Of a stretch of 64,000 nt of DNA, positions 38,965 to 50,686 are shown one piece after another. The position numbers and the translations under genes were made by a program. The stretch comes from Chrysemys picta bellii. Taxonomy: Eukaryota. The DNA lies in NCBI RefSeq assembly GCF_011386835.1, contig NC_088797.1, positions 87,606,001-87,670,000 of the forward strand, in the 5' to 3' direction. The first letter of the stretch is position 1. Each line of letters starts with the position of its first letter. The notes under the pieces were generated by a model, which saw only the letters and a program-made list of their open reading frames with translations, made no database searches and had not been told where the DNA came from.

Positions 38965-39004
38965 GCATCTGATGAAGTGGGTTTTAGCCCACAAAAGCTT
39001 ATGC
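38965..39004 (+). ncRNA. Minimal type I hammerhead ribozyme motif, probably inactive (G12A)
   Basis: GCAU-CUGAUGA-A-GUGGG-UUUUAG-CCCAC-AAAA-GC-UU/AUGC. The CUGAUGA core is canonical, but GAAA has changed to AAAA. Confidence 0.6.
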
Positions 39005-39064
39005 CCAAATAAATGTGATAGTCTCTAAGGTGCCACAAGTACTCCTCGTTCCTTTTACTGTTAA

Positions 39065-39470
39065 AACTATGTGCCTTATTTCTAACTTGAATTGGTCTGG
39101 CTTCAACTTCTAGCCCTTGATTCTTGTTCTGCCTTTCTCTGTTATATTAAAATACCACTTAGTCCCTGGTGTTTTCTCCCCATGAAGGTACTTGTACATT
39201 GTAATCAAGTCATCGCTCAATAGTCTTTTAGATAAACTTAACAGATTGAGCTCTTAGAGATATTTTCTCTAACGTTCAAATAATTTTGTGCCTCTTTTCT
39301 GCACCTGCTTGAATTTTTCAACATCTTTTTAAAAATGTGGCCACCATAACTGGATGCAGTATTCTAATATCAGTCTTACCAATGTCATATGCAGAGGTAA
39401 AAATCACTTCCCTAGTCCTACTCACTATTCCCCTGTTTATACATCCAAAGACCATATTAGCCATTCTTTT
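39065..39470 (-). mobile_element. Old CR1 LINE fragment
   Basis: Reverse-strand similarity to the CR1 RT 3' region (aactggatgcagtattc, cttgaattggtctggcttcaacttc). Confidence 0.65.
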
Positions 39471-40456
39471 GTTCCTAGATGTATGACTTCATCTTTGGCT
39501 GAAAAAAATTGATATTTACTTCGAGATCATTAATAAAAATGTTGACTGATGACAGGCTGTAGTGGGCAGGGAATAGAGGACTGACATGTGTAAACAATGG
39601 GAAGGGAATAAATACTGCTCTTGTAGGAGTCATTTCCTTCCTCCCTCCCTCCCTCCCGGATACAAGTTTATTTACTAGAAGTCGGTTTGTTTCCCATATC
39701 TTGGATTTGATATTGTTTTGTTTTTAAAGGCTGAAGTGACAGTAGACAGCACCAGGTTAATTCAGCTGCCTTCAGAAAGGCAGCTGAAAGGGGTACTAAG
39801 AAGAGATATTCATGAGAATCTGCAGCAGTGCCCAAGAAACATTTTGAAATTCATCTCCTCTGTAGGCTGGGAGGAGAATGAGAAGTTCCAGTTTAGCATG
39901 TATAGCAAGTGTGACTAGGCCTGCCCCTGATTTGCTAACTATAGGCACAATAGATAGAGGGAAACAAGAGATGGTGAAAAAACACAACACAGAACATGGA
40001 GACATCAGTTCACTCCCAACTGATAATGTACTCTTATGTGGTGCGTTTGAGTGCCTGTATACAGGGACACTGGTCAGGAAGGGGTGAGATGCAGTGCAAC
40101 AGAAGATCCAATGTCCTAACAAGTTTAATCCAATTTAAACACTGACTCCGTGATCAGGGCCTTAGCCTAGTCTCTGTTGGGGTGGAGAGGGGGATATTTA
40201 CCCTTGCACAGTAGGCTTTGATAGATCATCCTCTACTTCTTTTATTATATTTTCAAATGTGTAGGTTAGACCCTGGGCAGGGAACAGTAACTCATAAAAC
40301 TGAAAGACAAAGTCCACACCTGTACGGTGTCTAGATAAGCAAGGTGCCTCTGTATGCATACCCTAATGACCTCCTGTTTGTCTGTGTTCCAGGTACAATC
40401 GGTGTCACTCTGACCTGATCATGCTGTCACTTTCTACTTTGCTCTTCTGCCAACAG

Positions 40457-40538
40457 ATTTTGGAGCTGCTGTGTCAGATCCTGCAGACAGACTCCTTGTC
40501 GGCTATTCAGCAATGGCTGCTCACAGCTGGTCAGAGGG
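40457..40538 (+). CDS. TBATA: TBATA coding exon (ILELLCQILQTDSLSAIQQWLLTAGQR)
   Basis: Matches human VLELLCRILETDLLSAIQFWLL (recalled). Donor G|GTGAGG. Confidence 0.95.
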
Positions 40539-41731
40539 GTGAGGAGAACCTGGAACCTCAACTTGGTGCCTGGGCAAGAGGAATAGACACCCACTTCTAT
40601 TCTCAGAGTTTGGCACCCTAATTATCTCTACTTCAGCAACCACAAGTTTATTCCCAATACACACTTTACAGCCTTTCAGAACAACCTGAGATTGTGGAGT
40701 ACACATTTTTCTATGAGGGAAAAGTTGCTTCTGGAGGAAAGATTCCTTCATATAGAATCTGTTAGTTCTTCACCAGTTACTGCAAACCAGGTCATTAGAA
40801 AACCCTAAGGATATGAATTTTGCTTGGTGTTCAAGGACTCAGAGGCTCCGGTGATGGGATTGGTATAGAATCTGGACAGATGGATGGCGTACATGGCTTT
40901 CTAAAAATTGTCTCTCTCTAGTCTCAGTTTTTTCTTCATTCTATCTTTCCTGCCAGTGATTGTCTTTTGGGTGTCACTGACTGTTATTAAATATGGCCCA
41001 GCATTAGAGTAAAGGACTGTTTCTATGTAAAAGCTGTAGGCCAAAATTTTCAAAGTAAGGCTTCTAAATCAATGACCTGATTTCCACACGTGCTGAGGAC
41101 CATTGACCTCAATGGGGGCTTCAGGTGCTTAGTACCAGTGAAAGTCAAATCACTTATTTATCTGCTTAAATAGGACTTTAGAGGCCTAGCTTCAGGCTTT
41201 TATGTTTGAATGTTTTGCTTCTGCGTTACAGGCTGCAGCTGAAGGTGCTGCTGCTGCTGAATTCAGGCTTCACTATTGAGTTCCAATATAAAAATGCAGC
41301 TGTAGGAAGATAAATATTGTTGGTCAGATTGTATTTATTGTATTCGTTTTAAGGGTATTTGCTCTGGGTGTGTTCCAGTTGAGTTGGGGAAATCCCTATT
41401 TCCACAAAAAGGGAATAGTGGGAGCTAGAGTGGCTCTTCTATCTTAGGTAGCACTGTAGCTCGTTTCTCCATGGACCTGTATTGCAGCAAGAGACCATTA
41501 CACATACCACTCGCCCAAGAACAGGATATCACTGGAGTCTTGCTGTACTTCTGATGGATCAACTTCTCTCTGCTCTGCTTGAGTACATGCAGAAAGTGAC
41601 AGAATCCAGGGCATAGGGAAATCATTTTATGACATTCACATGTTTCCAGATTGGAATCTCTCTCTCTCTCTCTCTCGTCACAGGTGAGATATTGTTTCTT
41701 CTGCTGCCTACTTGTCTTCCTCTCATTACAG

Positions 41732-41897
41732 AAAAGGATCTTGTTATGAAGATGTTGCAGACTGCAACTGCCAACCTACAACTGGAGCCCCAATCCTTGA
41801 GCACAAGCATGGACAAGAGGCTTCAGTCCCAGATGTCCCAGACTGCAGTGGGCCTGTCCTCCAGAGGGCAACACTTGGGAAGGAATCATCCAGCCAG
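41732..41897 (+). CDS. TBATA: TBATA coding exon (EKDLVMKMLQTATANL...)
   Basis: EKDL..LQTA motif. The 3' boundary CAG|GTTCTT is a weak donor but gives the phase 2 required by the next exon. Confidence 0.8.
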
Positions 41898-42428
41898 GTT
41901 CTTTCACAAAAACTATTCAATTGGATGTTCACAGTGTGACAGAACTGAAACATTTCACTTACTGAGGGCTGGAGACATGTTGGATACATTAGTTTGCATA
42001 TACAGCAGCAAGAAGAGAGAGAGATTCATCAAACAAGCAATAAAACTGATTTTGTCCACCTACTTAGCTCCCCTCTCCCCATTTCAACTGGTTTAACTGA
42101 GGGCCTGATCCAAAGCCCATTTAAGTCAATGGCATGGCTTGCAGACGTTGTTCAATGGGAGCCCATTGTTTCAGTAGCACATGGGTCAGAGATTAAGGTG
42201 AACTGGTAAAATTGTGCAGAGGCTTGGATTTCAGTACCTGTATGTGGACTTCCAGTCAATAGCATGAGCAGAGTAACTAGAAAATAAAAATACACATAAA
42301 CACAGGAAGTGAATGGCAAAGTGGCAGACTAATGCAACCTTTCATTTTCATGACTACCAGGTTTATTCAAAATTTAGAATTTTAGATTTAGAAAAATACT
42401 TAGTTTTCTCTGCATTTCTTTATAACAG

Positions 42429-42478
42429 ATTGTCTCAGAGTCAGAAGCAAGAACCCATTCCAGCGGAAGATAAGCCAG
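42429..42478 (+). CDS. TBATA: TBATA small coding exon (RLSQSQKQEPIPAEDKP)
   Basis: Acceptor aacag, donor G|GTAAAA. Phases 2/1 fit both neighbours. Confidence 0.75.
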
Positions 42479-42564
42479 GTAAAAATATTATATTAAATAA
42501 ATACTTTGTATTTATTACATACTCCCTTTGAATCCAAGGGTCTTAAGACATTTTATAAACATTA

Positions 42565-42740
42565 ATTAATTAAGCAGCAATAGACCTTTGAGGTAGGGAA
42601 GTATTTTACCCATTTTATGGGTGATGCCTTAGAGGAGTTAAGTGATTTCCCAAGAGTCACACAGTGAGCTACTGGCAGAGCTAAGAATAGAAACAAAGAG
42701 GTCCTGGCCCCGAGGCCAATGCTCTAACCACTTGATCAGA
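42565..42740 (-). mobile_element. MIR-like SINE
   Basis: ttttacccattttatggg...gttaagtgatttcccaagagtcacacag core. Confidence 0.55.
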
Positions 42741-42904
42741 CTTTCTGAACATTCACACCTTACTATGAGAGTAAGAATATACTACAGATAGACAAATAAA
42801 TGACAGCAAATTCCTTGCAGGCTATATTTTGGTAACACAGAGCAGGAGTTCAGATAGCCTTTTTGTGGTTGCCTCTGAGTGAACAGTAATGCATGCACAG
42901 TGAA

Positions 42905-43812
42905 AGAATCATAGAATATTAGGGTTGGAAGGGACCTCAGGAGGTCATCTAGTCCAACCCCTGCTCAAAGCAGGACCAATTCCCAACTAAATCATCCCAG
43001 CCAGGGCTTTGTCAAGCCTGACCTTAAAAACCTCTAAGGAAGGAGATTCCACCACCTCCCTAGGTAACCCATTCCAGTGCTTCACCACCCTCCGAGTGAG
43101 AAAGTTTTTCCTAATATCCAACCTAAACCTCCCCCATTGCAACTTGAGACCATTACTCCTTGTTCTGTCATCTGGTACCACTGAGAACAATCTAGATCCA
43201 TCCTCTTTGGAACCCCCTTTCAGGTAGTTGAAAGCAGCTATCAAATCCCCCCTCATTCTTCTCTTCTGCAGACTAAACAATCCCAGTTGCCTCAGCCTCT
43301 CCTCATAAGTCATGTGCTCCAGCCCCCTAATCATTTTTGTTGCCCTCCTCTGGACTCATTCCAATTTTTCCACATCCTTCTTGTAGTGTGGGGCCCAAAA
43401 CTGATAGTACTCCAGATGAGGTCTCACCAATGTCAAATAGAGGGGAATGATCACGTCCCTTGATCTGCTAGCAATGCCCCTACTTATACAGCCCAAAATG
43501 CCATTAGCACACTGTCGACTCAACCAGTTTCTTGTCCACTGTAGCCCCTAGATCCTTTTCTGCAGAGCTGCTGCCTAGCCATTTGGTTCCTAGTCTGTAG
43601 CAGTGCATGGGATTCTTCCGTCCTAAGTGCAGGACTCTGCACTTGTCCTTGTTGAACCTCATCAGATTTCTTTTGGCCCAATCTTCTAATTTGCCTAGGT
43701 CCCTCTGTATCCTATCCCTACCCTCCAGCATATCTACCACTCCTCCAAGTTTAATATCATCTGCAAACTTGTTGAGGGTGCAGTCCACACCATCTTCCAG
43801 ATCATTAATGAA
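42905..43812 (-). mobile_element. CR1 LINE 3' portion with internal deletion
   Basis: Minus ORFs 43504-43788 (KFADDIKLGG) and 42987-43334 ([24 protein letters not shown]) encode the CR1 RT C-terminus. ATTCTATGATTCT tail. Confidence 0.95.
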
Positions 43813-44525
43813 AGTTTTCAGTCTGGCTGGGATTTGGGCATGGGATCAGGATAGAATTTCATCCTTAGTTTTTCTGTGAAAATTCTGCTAAAGTGAATAA
43901 GAAGATTTTGCCCAATCATAAATCCCTGCCAGTAGAAATAAGTAAACTAGATTTTTAAAGAGTAATATATGTTGCGACTTGCCATTCTCCTGAGCTCCAG
44001 TTTTCAAAAAACAAAATACTGTATTCAAATCCAAATAAGCAAACCTGGCACTTCCTCCACAGTTCAGTTGTTCCAAGTCTTGGCGTTTATCGAAATGAAC
44101 TCTGCTATGAGCAATTTTTGTCTGTCTTTTCTAGCTAAATAAAGTGTATTGTTATAACCACCCAAAACAGTGGGAAACATTTTCAAAAACTCTTGAGACT
44201 TACAAGCCTACATCCCATTTTCAAAAGTGATTTAGGCACTTAGACACAGACTACATCTCTTAGATCCAGATTTTTATAGGTATTTAGATGCTTTAAGATG
44301 CAAATAAGCACCCAGTTGGAATTTTAAAAGTTACTAAGTACCTAGCTCCCATTGATTTCAATTGGAGATAGGTGTGTAGGGGCTTTTGAAAATCCTACTA
44401 GGTGCCTATCTACTTTTGTAGGTGCCTAAAATCTTTAAAAATCTGGCCTTTGGGCTCTGAAAATGTTATCCATATGGGTGAGGAGTTAGCTACTCTGTGT
44501 GATAACTGGTGTTGACCCACATCGA

Positions 44526-44941
44526 CATAGGCGCCGACTCCATGGGTGCTCTGGGGCTGGAACACCCATGGGGAAAAATTAGTGGGTGGTTAGCACCCAC
44601 AGGCAGCCAAGCTCCTCTCACCCCCCGCCCCACCTCCTCCTCCTCCCAGTGTGCCGCGTTCCCACTCCTCCACCACCTACCTCCCAGTGCTTCCCACCCA
44701 GCCACCACCAAACAGCTGTTTGGCAGTGTTAACAAGCTCCTGGAGGGAGAGGAGCGGGAATGTGGCACACTCAGGGGAGGAGGTGCGGAAGAGGTGGGTC
44801 CAGGACGTGGATTTGGGGAAGGGGTTGGAAGGGGGGCGGGGAAGGACATGACAGGGGCAGGGCCTCATGGAAGGGGTGGAGTTGAGGTGGGGCGAGGGGC
44901 AGTCGAGCACCCACAGGAAAGAGGGGAAGTTGGCGCCTATG
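44526..44941. mobile_element. Non-autonomous hAT element just upstream of the last TBATA exon
   Basis: TIRs cataggcgccgact / agttggcgcctatg. TSD CACATCGA / TACATTGA. Confidence 0.85.
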
Positions 44942-44977
44942 TACATTGACCCATCCCAAATTATTTTTCATTTTCAG

Positions 44978-45057
44978 TGCATATGGGTACTGCAGAAGTT
45001 CTCCAGTTCCATTTATCCCAGGATGGAAAGCAGAACCAGCCAGATCCACCCAATTAA
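44978..45057 (+). CDS. TBATA: TBATA last coding exon (VHMGTAEVLQFHLSQDGKQNQPDPPN*)
   Basis: Matches human YIGEAQVLQMHSSQ (recalled). Acceptor ttttcag, stop TAA at 45055-45057. The spliced CDS from 32332 totals 1110 nt (369 aa plus stop). Confidence 0.88.
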
Positions 45058-47236
45058 CATGGAATCTTCTCTCATTCCTGATGGAAGAACCTCAAGCACA
45101 TTTCCTGCTATAGCTACAGTGTTTTACTCTCATTACTCACCTAGTGAAAAAGTGTTCTGTAGAGTACATGAAAAGGCATGCAATATCCAGTATCACCTAA
45201 TCTCTCTCTTCACTTTGACATCGTATGTTGAGAAATTTAAACAGAATTTGTTTAATGACTGTGCCATAGACATTAAGTCATACTGTAAAATGGGTCTCTG
45301 TGAAATTATGAACATCCCCATACCTGTAGATGCTTAAAGTACTGCTTCTGCGATGATCTGGCTGGGTATTCGGTTCAATATGCAGAATCACAAAGAGAAT
45401 GTGGCTGTTTTTTTTCAGTGATCTCAGATGCAGGAGGTGCATGGCCCATGGGCTGGGTTGACTCGCTGATTGAAAGATTGGCCATTAAACATTTCAGTCC
45501 TTCCTCTTAGATCCCATGGGTAGCGTTGAGCAATTGCTCACCATTCCAAAGGACTCAAATCAGTCCTATCAGTGCTTCTTTAAAGCCACTGGAGGAGACA
45601 GAGCCATTCTGGGTGGTAGAGTCATCGGTATACTAGTGATTCTCAGCTCTTTGGCTCCTTTTCACTGAACACAGCTGCTGCCTCATTACTTTCCCACTAC
45701 ATGCCAGGAGGTAGCAATCTGGATGAAGAAGAACTGGTTGGAATTCAATCCAAATAAGAGAGAAGTGATGTTTGTTCATAGAGGCATTTAGAGGATTGGG
45801 TGGAAACACCACCTATGGAGGGTGCATGTTTGCATTCTGGCAAAATAGCTCACAGCTGCTTGATCTTACTAGATCCATCACTGCTGCTCTTGATTTCTCA
45901 GGTAGCAGTGGTGGCCTGCAATTCCTTTTGTCATAGATGGCTGTATGATTTTTCTTCTAATGTGGACCTTAGAATAATCTTCCATGTCTTTGTCTCCACC
46001 AGGCTTGGTTACTGAAATGTGCAGATTTCTTTGGTAAAGACATCATTGCATATCAATTACTTGTATAAAGAATGTATGACTCCTAATATTTGCCTGTGGT
46101 CCCTTTAGGAATAAACTATCTGCTTGTGTAGCCAGCTGATCTCCGTGACTCCTGCCACTCTGTGATCAGTTTAAAGCGTCTGGAAGAAGCAGAGCAGAGT
46201 ACAGCACTGCAGACTCACTGCAGTGGCCCTAGCGCTGTTACAAAGCAGAAACTGGAGATGTTGAGAGGCTTAATTAGGGTTTCTGAAGTGCTTTGGTGAA
46301 AGGTGCCATAACACTGTAATGTTGTATTCCCCATTTCATGTTGCCACCGAGATTTCAAATTACTGCACGCATTTGCACCAGAATATCATGGAAATTGGAG
46401 GTTCTTGCCACAGAGCTTCTGTCCAGTGGGCCACAGAACCAAACAAGAAAGTAAGCTGGGTCTGGTACTTTATGCACATGCAGAGAATTCAACAGCAAGC
46501 TGCTCATTAACAAGTTGAGGTGCTTTATGGTGTCCACACATCTCTTCAATGCAACTCTATTTCTTAATAAAAGTAGCGTTCCAAATCAGAATAATGTTAA
46601 GTTGGCTTTTCTGGAGACAGAAGAGCAAATCTATAAAGGAATACAGTAGTACTGCATGTAACACCTACACCATACCAACTCAATCTAGTGCCCAGTACTA
46701 TAAAGGTATGAGATATTGAACTTCTACGGTCCAAAGCCCATAGACCAAATCATTAGAATCCTCTGCGCCACAAGCCAGTAAGTCCAGTCTCCAACCACAT
46801 TATTCATGTGGGTGCGTGTATGCACCAAAGTGATTGCTGGTCTGTAATACATTTTCTTGCCTCAAACACAGGTTACATGGAAATGAATGAATGAACAGGC
46901 ATCCCACACCTGGCTGTGTGCTAAAACAGCTTCTGAGTGCACTAAGTGACTCCAAACTTGGTGCAGAAAAGGACAATGCTTCTGAGAGGAATGGGGGCTG
47001 ATGGGAGATGAGACAATTGCATGACCATCCATTCCATGAAGCAAGCTAAGCTCCATTACACCTTACTGTGAAAGATCTGAATTGGGATTTTAACGATCTC
47101 TTGTTATTTAAAAGTGATTTGCCAGCAGGGCTAGGCATATGCAGACTAAGCAATTGCTCGGGGCCCTGAGCGGCTCAAGGGGAACCTTGTATTCACTTTT
47201 TAGTATGTGTTGGGGGGCAAACTATTCCTGCTTAGG

Positions 47237-49341
47237 TAGGGTTACCATATCTTATAAATAAAAAAAGAGGACCCTCCACGGGCCATGGCCCCGCCCATTT
47301 CCCCACCCCTAGCCCCGCCCCAACTCCGCCCCTTCCCCCACCCTAACTCTGCCCCCTCCTCCCTCCCACTCCCAGCCAGGGGGAAAGGGCTGCCCCAGTG
47401 CTACCAGCTTCACGGTTTGCCGGGCAGCCCCCAGACCCTGCGCCCCCAGCCGGCGCTTCCCCAGCGCAGCTGGAGCCTGGGAGGGGAAGCGCCCAGCCGG
47501 GGGCGCAGGGTCTGAAGGCTGCCCAGCAAACCGTGAAGCCGGTAGCGCTCAGGCTTTGGGCAGCCCCTATGCCTCCGGACCCTGTGCCCCCAGCCGGGCA
47601 CTTCCCCTCCGGGGCTCCGGCGGCTCTGCGTAACTTAATAAGTTACACAGAGCCGAAGAGGAGCAGAGCCCCCGCAGCTGGAGGCTCTGCTCCTCTTAGG
47701 CTCTAAGAGCCGGGCTGCCCCAGCGCTACCGGCTTCGGGCAGCCCCCGTGCCTCCGGACCCTGCGCCGCCGGAGCCCGGGAGGGGAAGTGCCCGGCTGGG
47801 GGCGCAGGGTCCGGAGGCAAGGGGGCTGCCCGAAGCCGGTAGCTCTCAGGCAGCCCAGTTCTTAAACAGAGCCTCCAGCGGCTGCGGCTCTGTGTAACTG
47901 ACACTGGGTCAGTTACACAGAGCCCCGGGGGCTGGAGGCTCCAGCCGCTGGAGGCTCTGTTTAAGAGCCGGGGTGCCCAAGCGCTACCGGCTTCGGGCAG
48001 CCCCCCTGCCTCCAGATCCTGCACCCCCAGCCGGGCACTTCCCGTCCCGGGCTCCGGCGGCGCAGGGTCTCCAGGCACGGGGCTGCCCGAAGTCGGTAGC
48101 TCTGGGGCAGCCCGGCTCTTAAACAGAGCCTCCAGCGGCTGGGGCTCTGTGTAACTGACACTGTGTCAGTTACACACAGCCCCGGCGGCTGGAGGCTCCA
48201 GCCAGCCCCGCTCTGTTTAAGAGCCGGGCTGCCCGAGCGCTACCGGCTTCGGGCAGCCCCCCTGCCTCCAGACCCTGCGCCCCCAGCCGGGCACTTCCCC
48301 TCCCGGGCTCCGGCGGCGCAGGGTCTAGAGGCACGGGGCTGCCCGAAGCTGGTAGCGCTGGGGCAGCCCGGCTCCTAAATAGAGCGGGGGCGGCTGGAGC
48401 CTCCAGCCGCTGGGGCTGTGTGTAACTGACACAGTGTCAGTTACACAGAGCCCCAGCCGCTGGAGGCTCTGTTTAAGAGCCGGGCTGCCCCAGAGCTACC
48501 GGCTTCGGGCAGCCCCGTGCCTCCAGACCCTGCGCCGCCGGAGCCCGGGAGGGGAAGTGCCCGGCTGGGGGCGCAGGGTCTGGAGGCAGGGGGGCTGCCC
48601 GAAGCCGGTAGCACTCGGGCAGCCCGGCTCTTAAACAGAGCCTCCAGCGGCTGCGGCTGGCTCTGTGTAACTGACCCTGTGTCAGTTACACACAGCCCCG
48701 GCGGCTGGAGGCTCCAGCCGCCCCCGCTCTGTTTAAGTAGGGTTACCATATTTTGTGCCTCCCAAAGGAGGACACTCCACGGGGCCCCGGCCCCGCCCCC
48801 AGCCCCGCCCCCCTCCCCAAAGTCTCCGCCCCCTCCCCTGCTTCCCGCGAACATTTGAGTCGCGGGAAGCCTGAAGCAGGTAAGGGGGAGTGTGGGGGGA
48901 GGAGGTGCGGCCCAGGCTGTCCCCGGCCCTGGGGTGCCGGCCCCCGGCCCACCACCCCCGGCCCGGCCTGGCACCGCCGGCCCGGCCGGCGCCCCCGATC
49001 CCCCGGCCGAGCCCCCGAGTCCCCGGCCCGGCTGGCGCCCCCGAGCCCCCGGCCCGGCCCCGGTGGAGCCCCCGATCCCCTGGCCGACCCGACCCGGCTC
49101 CGCCGGAGCCCCCGAGCCCCCGGCCCCGGTGGAGCCCCCGATCCCCCGGCCGACCCGGCCCCGCCGGAGCCCCCGGCCCGACCCCCGAGCCCCCGGCCCG
49201 ACCCCCGAGCACCCGCACCGCCGGCCGGCATGTCCCGATTTTCCCGGACATGTCCGGCTTTTTGGGCTTTCCCCCCAGATGGGGATTTGGAGCCCAAAAA
49301 GCTGGACATGTCCGGGAAAATCCGGACGTATGGTAACCCTA
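47237..49341 (+). mobile_element. Composite hAT (Blackjack-like) structure: two left ends, one right end and an internal palindrome array
   Basis: tagggttaccata occurs at 47237 and 48738; tatggtaacccta ends at 49341. No matching 8-bp TSD for either left end. Confidence 0.8.
47600..48737. repeat. Tandem array (about 245-270 bp unit) of two alternating palindromes
   Basis: Hairpin TGTGTAACTGAC-N5-GTCAGTTACACA at 47891, 48148, 48419 and 48664 (variant at 47627), alternating with roughly 125-bp GC-rich palindromes gctaccggcttcgggcagcccc...ggggctgcccgaagccggtagc. Confidence 0.9.
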
Positions 49342-49511
49342 CACCAATGGCTAAAGTCCCAATATAGACAAGGCCTAAATCACTAGCTCAGTGAGTCAGT
49401 GGCAGAGCCAGGAATAATGCCATGGAGCAGGATTCAGTAGGACTAAAGTCCTATTTTGTATATGGGCAATCTGTGGGGAAATGGGCATGACCAGTTCATC
49501 ACCCCATATCC

Positions 49512-50686
49512 CAGGGGTCTCAAACTCAAATGACCACGAGGGCCACATGAGTATTAGTGCATTGGCCCGAGGGCCGCATCACTGAAACCCCCCATCACTG
49601 CCTCCAGCCCTGCCCCCACTCCACTCCTTCCATGAGGCCCCGCCCCTGCCCCGTCTCTTCTCCATCTCCTTCCCTGAGCACGCGGATCCCTGCTCCTCCC
49701 CCTCCCTCTCCCTCCTGGAAAGTGCTAAGCGCCACCAACAGTAATGCACCTCACTCAAAGGACAAAACACGCACTTAGTTAGGGTACATCTACACTACAG
49801 GGGGGAGTCGATTTAAGATACGCAAATTCAGCTACGTGAATAGCGTAGCTGAATTCGACGTATCGCAGCCGACTTACCCCGCTGTGAGGACGGCGGCAAA
49901 ATCGACCTCTGCGGCTTTCTGTCGGCGGCGCTTACTCCCACCTCCGCTGGTGGAGTAAGAGCGCCGATTCGGGGATCGATTGTCGCGTCCCAACGGGACG
50001 CGATAAATCGATCCCCGAGAGGTCGATTTCTACCCGCCGATTCAGGCGGGTAGTGTAGACCTAGCCTTAGATTTACTTCTATTAAAGCCCCCCCCACACT
50101 GCACTACCACTCCACCCCTGCTCCGCCTCTTCCAGGGGTAGCAGGTTTGTAGAAATTTTGGTGGTGCCCAGAACCTGCCCCCCCCCAAACTCCACCCCCA
50201 CCTGCCTAAGGCTCTGGGAGGGACTTTGGGTGGGGGAGGAGATCTGGGGTGCAGGCTCTGGGATGGAGTTTGGGTGCAGGCTCTGAGATGAAGTTTGGGG
50301 ATAGGAGGGGGTGCAGGGGTGAGGGCTGTGGGGGCTGGGGATGAGGGGTTTGGGGCATTGGAGAGGCTCAGGACTAGGGCAGAAGGGCAGGGGAAGGGCA
50401 GCCTGCCCTGGCCATAGTGCATGGGGGCACTAGAACCCTGCGGCAGCAGGTGATGCCAGAAGCCAGCAGAGTGGAGTGGAGTCAGCATGAGCTGCAGGCT
50501 CCAGGGCAGTGAAGGGGCAGCAAGTGAGCCCCGGGGACACTCGGGGGAGACGCGTGGGGGTGGCAGACGGGGCCGAGACCCGGCCCCAAACATTGGGGAG
50601 CAGGTTGCTTAACTGCCACATAAAATAACTCAGGGGTGGGGGAGAGGCGGAGAGCTTGGTGGGCTGGCCCGCAGGCCGCGTGTTTG
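49512..50686. mobile_element. hAT-like element(s) with nested insertions, right TIR truncated
   Basis: The left TIR is caggggtctcaaact; the right subterminal ggcccgcaggccgcgtgtttg is cut short. Confidence 0.55.
49782..50066. mobile_element. Harbinger-type MITE
   Basis: TIRs gggtacatctacacta / tagtgtagacctagcc with TTA TSD on both sides. High CpG retention suggests it is young. Confidence 0.92.

Larger units (their letters stand above)
37950..39055 (+). mobile_element. Penelope-like element 3' part (decayed GIY-YIG region and 3' UTR), interrupted by a SINE
   Basis: Frameshifted CNKALCQLCPHIY..HISHTIRGSFTCTSTNVIY, continuing after the SINE with aaatggacacaaatcagac. Ends in the Penelope 3' terminus. 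Confidence 0.9.

Noticed and set aside
32871-45057. Calling this gene C4orf17
   Set aside because: It shares the family motif, but AWREELRELAARV, YSAETGRLIP and the final G.A.VLQ.H motif match TBATA as recalled, not C4orf17.
47600-48737. CRISPR-like array of palindromic repeats
   Set aside because: The context is a vertebrate genome, the intervening sequences are themselves repeats rather than unique spacers, there are no cas genes, and the array lies inside a transposon.
48733-49386. Pro/Gly-rich ORFs of 148-204 aa in all frames
   Set aside because: GC-rich minisatellite-like interior of a hAT element.
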